Source: Patescibacteria group bacterium UBA4787
GTDB lineage: Bacteria > Patescibacteriota > Patescibacteriia > UBA2591 > UBA4787
Direction: 5' to 3'
Assembly (NCBI GenBank): GCA_002402995.1
Contig: DHGX01000001.1
Coordinates: forward strand, 151,073-215,072
DNA: 64,000 nucleotides
In this document: one piece after another, positions 18,461 through 26,297 of the stretch
Position numbering within the stretch: the stretch's first letter is position 1
Layout: the number at the start of each line of letters is the position of its first letter
The notes under the pieces: model-generated
The model's database searches: none
What the model was told of the DNA's origin: nothing
Seen by the model: only the letters and a program-made list of their open reading frames with translations
Made by a program: the position numbers and the translations under genes

Positions 18461-18826
18461 ATGAAAAAGTATCTTCTCGCGACCCTTTTAACCATCTTTA
18501 TGGTGGTGCCTATCGCGGCTTTGTCGCAGACCAACAATTGGGAAATGGGTTTAACCCAGTTCCAAGGGCAGACCGGGTTGGGTAATCAGGATTTGCCTAC
18601 TACTATTGGCAAGATCGTGAATATCGTCCTAAGTTTCTTGGGTTTAATTGCCGTTGTAATCATCATCATCGGTGGCTTTATGTGGATGACTTCTGGTGGT
18701 AGTGAAGACAAAATTGGTGCCGCTAAGAAATTAATGATCAACGGTGTTATCGGCTTGCTCATTATTGTCGTTTCTTATGCCGCGGCGAACTTTATCGTTT
18801 CGAGATTAAAAACCGTTGCCGGCTAG
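18461..18826 (+). CDS. T4SS/TrbC-VirB2-type pilin
   Basis: Signal peptide; IIGGFMWMTSGGSEDKIGAAKKLMINGVIGLLIIVVSYA; own promoter. Confidence 0.85.
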   Translation: MKKYLLATLLTIFMVVPIAALSQTNNWEMGLTQFQGQTGLGNQDLPTTIGKIVNIVLSFLGLIAVVIIIIGGFMWMTSGGSEDKIGAAKKLMINGVIGLLIIVVSYAAANFIVSRLKTVAG

Positions 18827-18861
18827 TTATCTAATCGAAATTTAAACGCATTTTTGGTTTT

Positions 18862-19320
18862 ATGGTTTATTTAACTAATAAAATCAATTTTTATAACAAA
18901 ACAAGAGCGAATTATCATTTCGCTCTTGTTTTTATGGTTATTGTCTTGACCGGTTTATCTTTAATTATCGCGCCGTCTGTTTTAGCTCAAGAAAATCCAT
19001 TGGATGCTCTACAAAGCACCGCTCAAACCGCTGGTCTTGCTGGCGAAACAGATATAACCGTGATTATCGGTCGTATTATTAATGTTGTTCTAAGTCTATT
19101 GGGTTTAATTGCTGTTATAATCATCATCATCGGTGGCTTTATGTGGATGACTTCTGGTGGAGATGAAACTAAAATTAAAAAAGCCAAAGGCTTAATGCTC
19201 AATGGCATAATTGGCTTGTTGATTATAGTTATTTCTTATACTGCAGCCACGTTTATTATTGGAAGATTGCAAGAAGTCGGCCAAGGCAATGGCGCAGGAA
19301 GCGGTCCCATCACTCCTTAA
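18862..19320 (+). CDS. T4SS/TrbC-VirB2-type pilin, close paralog of 18461
   Basis: IIGGFMWMTSGGDETKIKKAK..NGIIGLLIIVISY. Confidence 0.85.
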   Translation: MVYLTNKINFYNKTRANYHFALVFMVIVLTGLSLIIAPSVLAQENPLDALQSTAQTAGLAGETDITVIIGRIINVVLSLLGLIAVIIIIIGGFMWMTSGGDETKIKKAKGLMLNGIIGLLIIVISYTAATFIIGRLQEVGQGNGAGSGPITP

Positions 19321-19355
19321 ATTTAATTATTTTTATTATTTTTTCGAATAGAGAA

Positions 19356-19381
19356 AAAGAGAGGCATTTTTGCCTCTCTTT
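19356..19381. terminator. intrinsic terminator between convergent genes
   Basis: AAAGAGAGGCA-tttt-TGCCTCTCTTT. Confidence 0.8.
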
Positions 19382-19393
19382 ATATTTATTTTT

Positions 19394-20014
19394 TTATCGA
19401 ACGTAGAAATCCCAATCATACCATTTATTGCCAAAAAACACTTCTCGTTTCTCGGCGTTGGCTTTCCACTTGACCGTTTCGGTTTTCATGATTTCCATGT
19501 GGTTGTTGAGATGGTCGATGACAAAGACGTTCTGGCCGACAGGAATAGATAGTTCTGCCATCTGTTTAGGGCAAAGCCTGAGCGGCTTTGCTGTTTTGCG
19601 GCTAAAGTCGGCACCGGTTCTGATCTCGACATAATGGCCGGAAGTGTTGATAATCACGCCTCGAACAAAAGATGTTTTACCAGAAAGCCCATTTTTGAAA
19701 GCTTCGGCTTCAGCTTTTATCATTTCGGCTTCAGCTTTTATCATTTCGGCTTCGGCAGAGGCGATTATTCTCTGATTCTCGAGTTCTGCGTCCAGTTTTT
19801 GTTTCTGCATTTCCCGCATGAGCCGTGTGTTTTCGGCTATCTGTGAAGAATCGAATGCGGTAAGGCCACCGTCACGTTCGTACGAAGACGAAATTGGGTC
19901 TAGGGTGGTTTTCTGGCTTACTTTGATACTGGCGCATCCGGGAACGATAGCGATGAGTACGCCGAGCACCAAGGTCACCAAAATAACCAGAGATGTTTTT
20001 TTGAACGAGAACAT
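19394..20014 (-). CDS. hypothetical lipoprotein-like protein with coiled coil
   Basis: ATG at 20014 preceded by GGAGG; hydrophobic leader ending VPGC; AEAEMIK repeat. Confidence 0.7.
   Translation of the reverse strand: MFSFKKTSLVILVTLVLGVLIAIVPGCASIKVSQKTTLDPISSSYERDGGLTAFDSSQIAENTRLMREMQKQKLDAELENQRIIASAEAEMIKAEAEMIKAEAEAFKNGLSGKTSFVRGVIINTSGHYVEIRTGADFSRKTAKPLRLCPKQMAELSIPVGQNVFVIDHLNNHMEIMKTETVKWKANAEKREVFFGNKWYDWDFYVR
19703..19753. repeat. 21-bp in-frame tandem repeat (about 2.4 units)
   Basis: TTCGGCTTCAGCTTTTATCAT x2 + TTCGGCTTC. Confidence 0.9.
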
Positions 20015-20086
20015 GGCTTTTTCCTCCAAAATTTCTGTTTAAATTTTAATGAACAACGCGGTTGATATTCTTTATCCTCTAATTAA

Positions 20087-20115
20087 ATCATAACAAATTT
20101 TTACAGAAAAGTCAA
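20087..20115 (-). promoter_or_regulatory. sigma70-type promoter
   Basis: TTGACT-17 bp-TATGAT with extended -10 TG on minus strand. Confidence 0.65.
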
Positions 20116-20236
20116 TCCCTACAGAAGAAAATAAATTAGTTAAATAGTCAATTGACCGATTCATAGGTATTCATTTTTTCTAAGGATTTGGCTCCAAAAT
20201 TTACAAAAAAATTATTCTCGTTTTAATTTAACGGGA

Positions 20237-21490
20237 TTATCGATAAAATAGAAAAATTAAAAGCAGATAAAAATTGAATAAAGCAGACAGGATAATAGCG
20301 ATTTTCATGCCTGTTTTTAGTTCTTGGTTTTTTTCAAAATAGTTTTTCATTAAAATCCAAAAAAGAAGAGGCAGAAAATCTAAAGCATAGCGATAACCCA
20401 TGGTTACATAACCAGCCCCGCCATAATAGAGGAAAAGGAGTGCGGCAATTATAGATATGTTAATAATTAATATTTTGGAGAGTCGATCTCTATATTTTAA
20501 AAAGAAAAAATATAAAAAATAAGGCGAAGTAACAAAAATACTCATACCATAAGGATTTGGTTTTATGAAAGGCAGTTGGAAGGTGGGCGAACTTCCTTGA
20601 TAGACTAACTGCGGTCCACTAAGAAAAAAATAATAGACATTGGTTGGCAAATGCTCGAGACTTAAAATTCCTTTATAGTCGCGAGCCTTCAGTAACAATG
20701 GACTTAAAACATATTGGTTTTTATAGCCGCCCTCTAGAATATTATCAAAACGCAGATAATTGTAGGTTATTAATAAAAAAGAGGCGATAATTAACGGCAT
20801 TAAAAGAGAAATTAAATTTTTTATTTTTTGTTTTTTTTCTTTTCGAGAAATGAAAATTATTTCCAAAATAAAAAAAATAATATTGAGGCCGGCGGTTAAA
20901 CGAGTGGCAAGCATTAAGGCCAAGAATATACCAATAAGCCAATAACGTTTTTTGCCCAAATATTCATAAACACTCAACAAGCCGAGAAGAACTGCAATAA
21001 CCTGTGCGAAATACCAGCTCCAAGGAATAAAAATTACTCCGATTAACATGGTGGCAAAACAAAATGCGAAAGCCCAATACCATGAATCGTTTTTTGTGTA
21101 ATTCAGGCGTTGAGCGATTTTAAAACAGATAAACGCAATAAATAAAACCAAGATAATCTGTAAAAATCCTTGATAAAAAAATAAATTAAAGATATTTGAC
21201 AAAAAAACAAAAGGCAAAAGAACAACGGCCGGAAAAGGACCGAGCGGCCAATAATAATGACCGTGATAGAGAGTAGTGTCATCGCTCCAGGAAAATCCCG
21301 GCATTTCCAAAAAATATAATCTACCGTGCAAAAATGATTTAGCCAAAAAAGAAAAATGCTGTTCGCCTTTAATGGTTATATTGGTGGCTATACTGATAGC
21401 CAAAAAGATTATAAACAAAATAATAATTAAATTGCGCGAAACAGAATATTTTGTCCAAAGATTTTTAATTTTTGAAGTTATCAAGGACAT
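20237..21490 (-). CDS. polytopic membrane protein, probable GT-C glycosyltransferase
   Basis: Many TM segments; LAKSFLHGRL..YYWPLGPFPA and GYRYALDFLP; downstream of polyprenol-P-sugar synthase; ATG at 21490 chosen. Confidence 0.7.
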   Translation of the reverse strand: MSLITSKIKNLWTKYSVSRNLIIILFIIFLAISIATNITIKGEQHFSFLAKSFLHGRLYFLEMPGFSWSDDTTLYHGHYYWPLGPFPAVVLLPFVFLSNIFNLFFYQGFLQIILVLFIAFICFKIAQRLNYTKNDSWYWAFAFCFATMLIGVIFIPWSWYFAQVIAVLLGLLSVYEYLGKKRYWLIGIFLALMLATRLTAGLNIIFFILEIIFISRKEKKQKIKNLISLLMPLIIASFLLITYNYLRFDNILEGGYKNQYVLSPLLLKARDYKGILSLEHLPTNVYYFFLSGPQLVYQGSSPTFQLPFIKPNPYGMSIFVTSPYFLYFFFLKYRDRLSKILIINISIIAALLFLYYGGAGYVTMGYRYALDFLPLLFWILMKNYFEKNQELKTGMKIAIILSALFNFYLLLIFLFYR

Positions 21491-22190
21491 CGCGATGGAA
21501 CTTAAGGCGGAAAATAGTTTTAAAAAATTCAACAATTTCTTTTTTGCCGAGTTTTGATTGCCCGGCCCGCCGATCCGTAAAAACGACCGGCATCTCTTTA
21601 ATTTTAAGATTGTTTTTTTCCGCTAAATAAATTATTTCTTCAAGCCAAGCGTAGCCGTTGCTTTCAAGATTTTGAAAATTTATTTTTTGCAGGGCTTCTT
21701 TTCTAAAACAGCGGAAGCCGGCTGTTAGATCCTTGGTTTTTATATTAAGCGCTAAACGCGCGAAAGACATAGCTCCCCAAGAACAAAATTTACGCCACAA
21801 ATTCCAGTTGATAATTTGTCCGCCTTTGATTTTCCTTGAACCGATTACTATATCATACCCTTTTAGGCACGCGGTTATTAAGCGAGGTATATCTTTGGGA
21901 TTATGCGATAAATCAGCATCCATTTGAATAATCAGATCAGCGTTATTCTGGATTGCCAGGCTAAATCCTTGTTTATACGCGCTGCCAATGCCTTGTTTGG
22001 CGGACCGATGAATAACCGAAAGATTATAATTTTCAACTAATTTTTCGGCCAAATCGCCGGTTCCGTCAGGAGAATTATCATCAACTATAATGACCCGCGA
22101 ATTTTCAATTTTCAGCGCGAAAATTTCTTTGACCAAATTTTCCAAATTTTCTTTTTCGTTGTAAGTAGGAATAACTATGTATATTTTCAT
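21465..22190 (-). CDS. polyprenol monophosphomannose synthase (DPM1-like GT2)
   Basis: VIPTYNEKENL, VDDNSPDGTG, QMDADLSHNP, DLTAGFRCFR, FTDRRAGQSK. Confidence 0.92.
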   Translation of the reverse strand: MKIYIVIPTYNEKENLENLVKEIFALKIENSRVIIVDDNSPDGTGDLAEKLVENYNLSVIHRSAKQGIGSAYKQGFSLAIQNNADLIIQMDADLSHNPKDIPRLITACLKGYDIVIGSRKIKGGQIINWNLWRKFCSWGAMSFARLALNIKTKDLTAGFRCFRKEALQKINFQNLESNGYAWLEEIIYLAEKNNLKIKEMPVVFTDRRAGQSKLGKKEIVEFFKTIFRLKFHRDVLDNFKN

Positions 22191-22213
22191 TTTTGCAAAT
22201 TGATTAATTTTTT

Positions 22214-23881
22214 CTACCTTAGATTATAAACAGCCGCTTCTTCGTCTTCGTATGTTTTAAAGAAAAAAGGAGAATGGTCAAGCTTCAATTTGAGTGGCTT
22301 ATAGGAAGAGCCAAACTCTCTTTTTTCCAGCAAAAACCAGAAAGAGCGGAAGTCGTTTTTTACAATTTGCGATATTTCTTGAGCACCGATTTTATTCTGG
22401 CTGATTTTTTGCCATTTCTCAAATAAATCTTTACTAAAGGCGTACATAAAAGTTTGGTCCAGGCCGTTAATATAATAATGTTCTGTGTCAAAATAAAATA
22501 AAAATGGAAAAGTATCCCAGCGTTGCTGGTAAATAATTTCTTTGGCCGGAATATTATTCTTTATCCACCAAGTTGTTTTTTGCAAATGTGTATAGGGGAT
22601 ACTTTCATTTAAACTTTTTTGGTATTCATTTTTTATTTGCAAGAAAGATTGGTCAAAAAAGCTTTTTATGCCAAAACCGATAATGCCGATTAAAATAAGA
22701 CTTGTGCCAAAAAGAGCCGCGGATGATTTGCCATGGAATAAGTTTTTAATTTTATTTTTAATCTCAGGCCAATTAGCTACTCGGAATAAATTATCTAAAA
22801 CCAAAGCCGAAAAAATAAGAGCCAGGGGCGCGAAGTATTCAATATTCCGCCGGGCTTTTAGGGTGTAAAGCAAGAAAAAGAAAGACAATAAAGCCAAAAA
22901 CCAAGTTTTTTTGCTTTGTTTTTTGGCATTGGACGCGAAATAGGCCACAGCCACCATCCACAATAAAATAATAGGGAAATTAGTAACAAGAAAAAATGTC
23001 GGATCAGAAGGATACCATTCCGCACCCACACCGATTTTGGCGTAATAATTGATAATGGCGATGTGGGTTAATTCAAACCAGTGGAAATAATAAGTTTTTG
23101 GGAAATAAGGATTTAAGGTGAGCCCCAAAATAATGCCCGAAAGAACAGATGCTAAAATAATTATATTAGGCCGCGAAAATATATTTTTTATCAAAAATCG
23201 TGCGTTGATTTTTTCTCGGTTTTGCAAGATTGAATAAAATAATTTTCCCAAGATATAAAAAATAACAGCTAATATTAGTAGAGGAAAGGCTCCGTATAGC
23301 CAAACATAAATAAAGCTGATGATTGCTAATGGCCGCCATTTTCCCCGGCTTATAAAATAAATAGCCAAAAATAAAACAATTATAGAAACAGCCGGCGCTC
23401 GCGTTAAGGAAATCCGCATTAAAAAACCATTGCTTAAAAAAAGGATTAAAATATATAAAAAGGGTTTCCGAACCTTCCATTTTTTAAGTAACCAATAAAC
23501 AGTTAAAAAAACCAAACTAGCCAAAAGGATCGCCGCCAATTTGGTTTTAATGAGCGGTTCAATTTCCAAACCAAAAGAATCCAAATTGGTGGGTGAAGGA
23601 ATTAACAAGAAGGGGATTAAAATAATATGATAACCAAAATGTTGATTGACAAAAAAATTATTATAAGTCGTATATTGCGTCCACGGGAAATTTTGAATAA
23701 TGCCCTGGTCTTTTATCATCATAGCCATTTTGGTGTGGAAAAAACCGTCCGGACACAACAAAGATGGCGTGTTCATAATCCACGTCAAAGCCAAAAAGAG
23801 AAATAAAAAAACCAGCCAATATTCTAAATGGTTGATTTCTACGATTTTTTTTATTTTTAATATTATGTTTTTAATAGACAT
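22214..23881 (-). CDS. polytopic membrane protein, probable GT-C glycosyltransferase
   Basis: PDGFFHTKMA after the first TM, many TMs, soluble C-terminal domain. Confidence 0.7.
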   Translation of the reverse strand: MSIKNIILKIKKIVEINHLEYWLVFLFLFLALTWIMNTPSLLCPDGFFHTKMAMMIKDQGIIQNFPWTQYTTYNNFFVNQHFGYHIILIPFLLIPSPTNLDSFGLEIEPLIKTKLAAILLASLVFLTVYWLLKKWKVRKPFLYILILFLSNGFLMRISLTRAPAVSIIVLFLAIYFISRGKWRPLAIISFIYVWLYGAFPLLILAVIFYILGKLFYSILQNREKINARFLIKNIFSRPNIIILASVLSGIILGLTLNPYFPKTYYFHWFELTHIAIINYYAKIGVGAEWYPSDPTFFLVTNFPIILLWMVAVAYFASNAKKQSKKTWFLALLSFFFLLYTLKARRNIEYFAPLALIFSALVLDNLFRVANWPEIKNKIKNLFHGKSSAALFGTSLILIGIIGFGIKSFFDQSFLQIKNEYQKSLNESIPYTHLQKTTWWIKNNIPAKEIIYQQRWDTFPFLFYFDTEHYYINGLDQTFMYAFSKDLFEKWQKISQNKIGAQEISQIVKNDFRSFWFLLEKREFGSSYKPLKLKLDHSPFFFKTYEDEEAAVYNLR

Positions 23882-23996
23882 AGTATTTGTATTTTAGGGT
23901 TTTTTCTTGAAAAAGTCTAATCCCTCCTTGCCTTGTTTTTATTTTTATTTTCAGCTACAATTTAATTGTTAACAAGATAATCTATAGAGGATTTTT

Positions 23997-24731
23997 ATGT
24001 CAGGACATTCTAAGTGGGCCAAATTAAAGCACACAAAAGGCGCGATCGATGCCAAAAAAAGCGCTATGTTTACTAAAATCGCGCATGTGATTACTATCGC
24101 GGCTCGCGAAGGTGGGGGCGATCCGGAAGCCAACCCTAAATTGAGAATGACCATGGAACGAGCGCGGATAATTAATATGCCTAAGGATAATATTGAACGT
24201 GCCATTAAACGCGGCGCCGGCGGACCAGATAGCGCCAGTTTAGAAGAAATTACTTATGAGGTTATCGGTCCTGGTGGTTCAGTTGTTTTGGTTGAAGTTC
24301 TAACTGACAACAAGAATCGTACTATTTCTAATTTGCGCCGTGTTTTGAATCATTATGGTGGGACATTGGCTACAACGAACGCGGTTTTATGGATGTTTGA
24401 TAAAAAAGGAATTATTGAAATTGAAAATTATCAAAGTCAAATTAATAACTTCGACGAATTTCAATTAGAAGCAATTGATGCAGGAGTGGAAGACGTAGAA
24501 AACATAGAAACAGACTTGGTTTTATACGTAAAACCCGAGAATATGGAAGCAGTTAAAAGTTTCTTGTTTAGTAAAAATATTAAAATTACCAATGCAGACG
24601 TTGAATGGCGAGCCAAAAATTTAATTGAAGCCAATTCTACGGCCAAAGGGCAGTTAGAATCATTGTGTGCTGAATTGGAAGAAGATTCTGATGTTACAGA
24701 TTATTATACTAATGTCGAAGGGTTAGAATAA
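23997..24731 (+). CDS. yebC: YebC/PmpR family protein
   Basis: MSGHSKW, GGDPEANPKLR, NMPKDNIERAI, TDNKNRT. Confidence 0.96.
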   Translation: MSGHSKWAKLKHTKGAIDAKKSAMFTKIAHVITIAAREGGGDPEANPKLRMTMERARIINMPKDNIERAIKRGAGGPDSASLEEITYEVIGPGGSVVLVEVLTDNKNRTISNLRRVLNHYGGTLATTNAVLWMFDKKGIIEIENYQSQINNFDEFQLEAIDAGVEDVENIETDLVLYVKPENMEAVKSFLFSKNIKITNADVEWRAKNLIEANSTAKGQLESLCAELEEDSDVTDYYTNVEGLE

Positions 24732-24755
24732 AAGTTTGAATAATTTTAATCATAT

Positions 24756-26096
24756 ATGTTTTGGGGGGCAGGAAAAACAATCAAAAAATTTTTACCCAAA
24801 TCGTTTTTGTTAAAAATGTATTATCCGGTGATTTCTTTATTGGCTAATTTCTTTTATGGTCGGCCTTCGGAGAAAATGATTGTTATCGGCGTGACTGGTA
24901 CGGCTGGCAAATCAACTACCGTTAATTTGATCGGTAGAATTTTAGAGGCAGCCGGATATAGAGTCGGATGGACGAGCACTTTAAATTTTAAAATCAATAA
25001 TCGTGAATGGATTAATAGAACCAAAATGACGATGTTGGGTAAATTTGCCCTGCAGAAATTATTGAAAGAAATGGTTAACGATAAATGCGAATGTGTTGTT
25101 ATTGAGACTTCTTCGGAGGGAGTTACTCAGTCGCGACACATAGGAATTAATTATGATATTTTAGTTTTTACTAATTTGTCTCCAGAACACATTGAATCAC
25201 ACGGCGGTTTTAATAATTATCGATCAGCTAAAGGTAAATTATTCGTTAGTCTTTCACGGGGTAGGCGAAAATTTTTAAACGGACGAACCATAGAGAAGAC
25301 AAAAGTTATTAATTTAGATGACGAAAATTCTGTTTATTTTCTGGGTTTTCGGTCGGACAAAACTATCGGCTATACCATCAAAGACGCTGTTAATTGTTCA
25401 AATTTCCAAATTGATAAAACAATAAGATACGATCAATGCTTGCCCAAGTCCAATATAACAGAATTGGTATTTAACGGCGCGCGTATTAATTTTCCTCTTT
25501 TGGGAGAGTTCAACGCTTATAACGCGTTAGCGGCTATTAGCGCGGTTGATAGTTTCAGAATAGAACACATAAATATTAAAAAGGGCTTGGAGTCAATTAA
25601 AATTATTCCAGGTCGATTAGAATATATAAATGCCGGGCAAAATTTTTCTGTGGTAATCGATTACGCGCACACTCCGGAAGAATTAAAAAAGGTTTATAAT
25701 TTTTTGAATGCGACAAAAAACAATAAAGCAAAAATTATTTCTGTGTTTGGGTCGGCCGGCGGCGGAAGAGATAAATGGAAAAGATCAGAGTTGGGTAAAC
25801 TGGCCGCCGCTCTCACAGATGTCGTTGTTATTACTAACGAAGATCCTTATGACGAAGACCCGCAAAAAATAATTAATGAAATAAGCGCCGGCGCTAAAAA
25901 TATCTTCGGATTCCGTGCTAAAATAATTTTAGAAATATTGAATCGTCGTTCGGCCATTCAAAAAGCCATCTCTTTTGCCGAAGCAGGCGATATAATTATT
26001 ATTACTGGTAAGGGCTCGGAAGAATGCATTATGGGTTCAAGAAATACAAAAATTCCTTGGAATGATAAGGAGATTGTTCTGGAATTATTAAAATAA
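24756..26096 (+). CDS. murE: UDP-N-acetylmuramoyl-tripeptide synthetase (MurE-like)
   Basis: GVTGTAGKSTT, ETSSEG, FTNLSPEHI, PGRLE, DYAHTP, GGGRDKWKR, TGKGSE. Confidence 0.88.
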   Translation: MFWGAGKTIKKFLPKSFLLKMYYPVISLLANFFYGRPSEKMIVIGVTGTAGKSTTVNLIGRILEAAGYRVGWTSTLNFKINNREWINRTKMTMLGKFALQKLLKEMVNDKCECVVIETSSEGVTQSRHIGINYDILVFTNLSPEHIESHGGFNNYRSAKGKLFVSLSRGRRKFLNGRTIEKTKVINLDDENSVYFLGFRSDKTIGYTIKDAVNCSNFQIDKTIRYDQCLPKSNITELVFNGARINFPLLGEFNAYNALAAISAVDSFRIEHINIKKGLESIKIIPGRLEYINAGQNFSVVIDYAHTPEELKKVYNFLNATKNNKAKIISVFGSAGGGRDKWKRSELGKLAAALTDVVVITNEDPYDEDPQKIINEISAGAKNIFGFRAKIILEILNRRSAIQKAISFAEAGDIIIITGKGSEECIMGSRNTKIPWNDKEIVLELLK

Positions 26097-26104
26097 TCAA
26101 GATT

Positions 26105-26156
26105 CGCGGATAAAGGTGGATAAAGCATTTGACAGAATATTTAAAATATGTATTAT
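26105..26156 (+). promoter_or_regulatory. rpoBC promoter with two upstream DnaA-box-like sites
   Basis: CGCGGATAA and GGTGGATAA, then TTGACA-16 bp-TATTAT. Confidence 0.55.
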
Positions 26157-26297
26157 TAATCGAATATAATCAATAATATCCATTAACAATTGTTTAGTTA
26201 ATTGGAAAATTTAATTCGAAATTCCTCTTGAAATCTTGTTAAGGGGAATTGTTTGCTTTAGCGCGGGATTTTAATAATTTTTATATAAAAAATAAAA

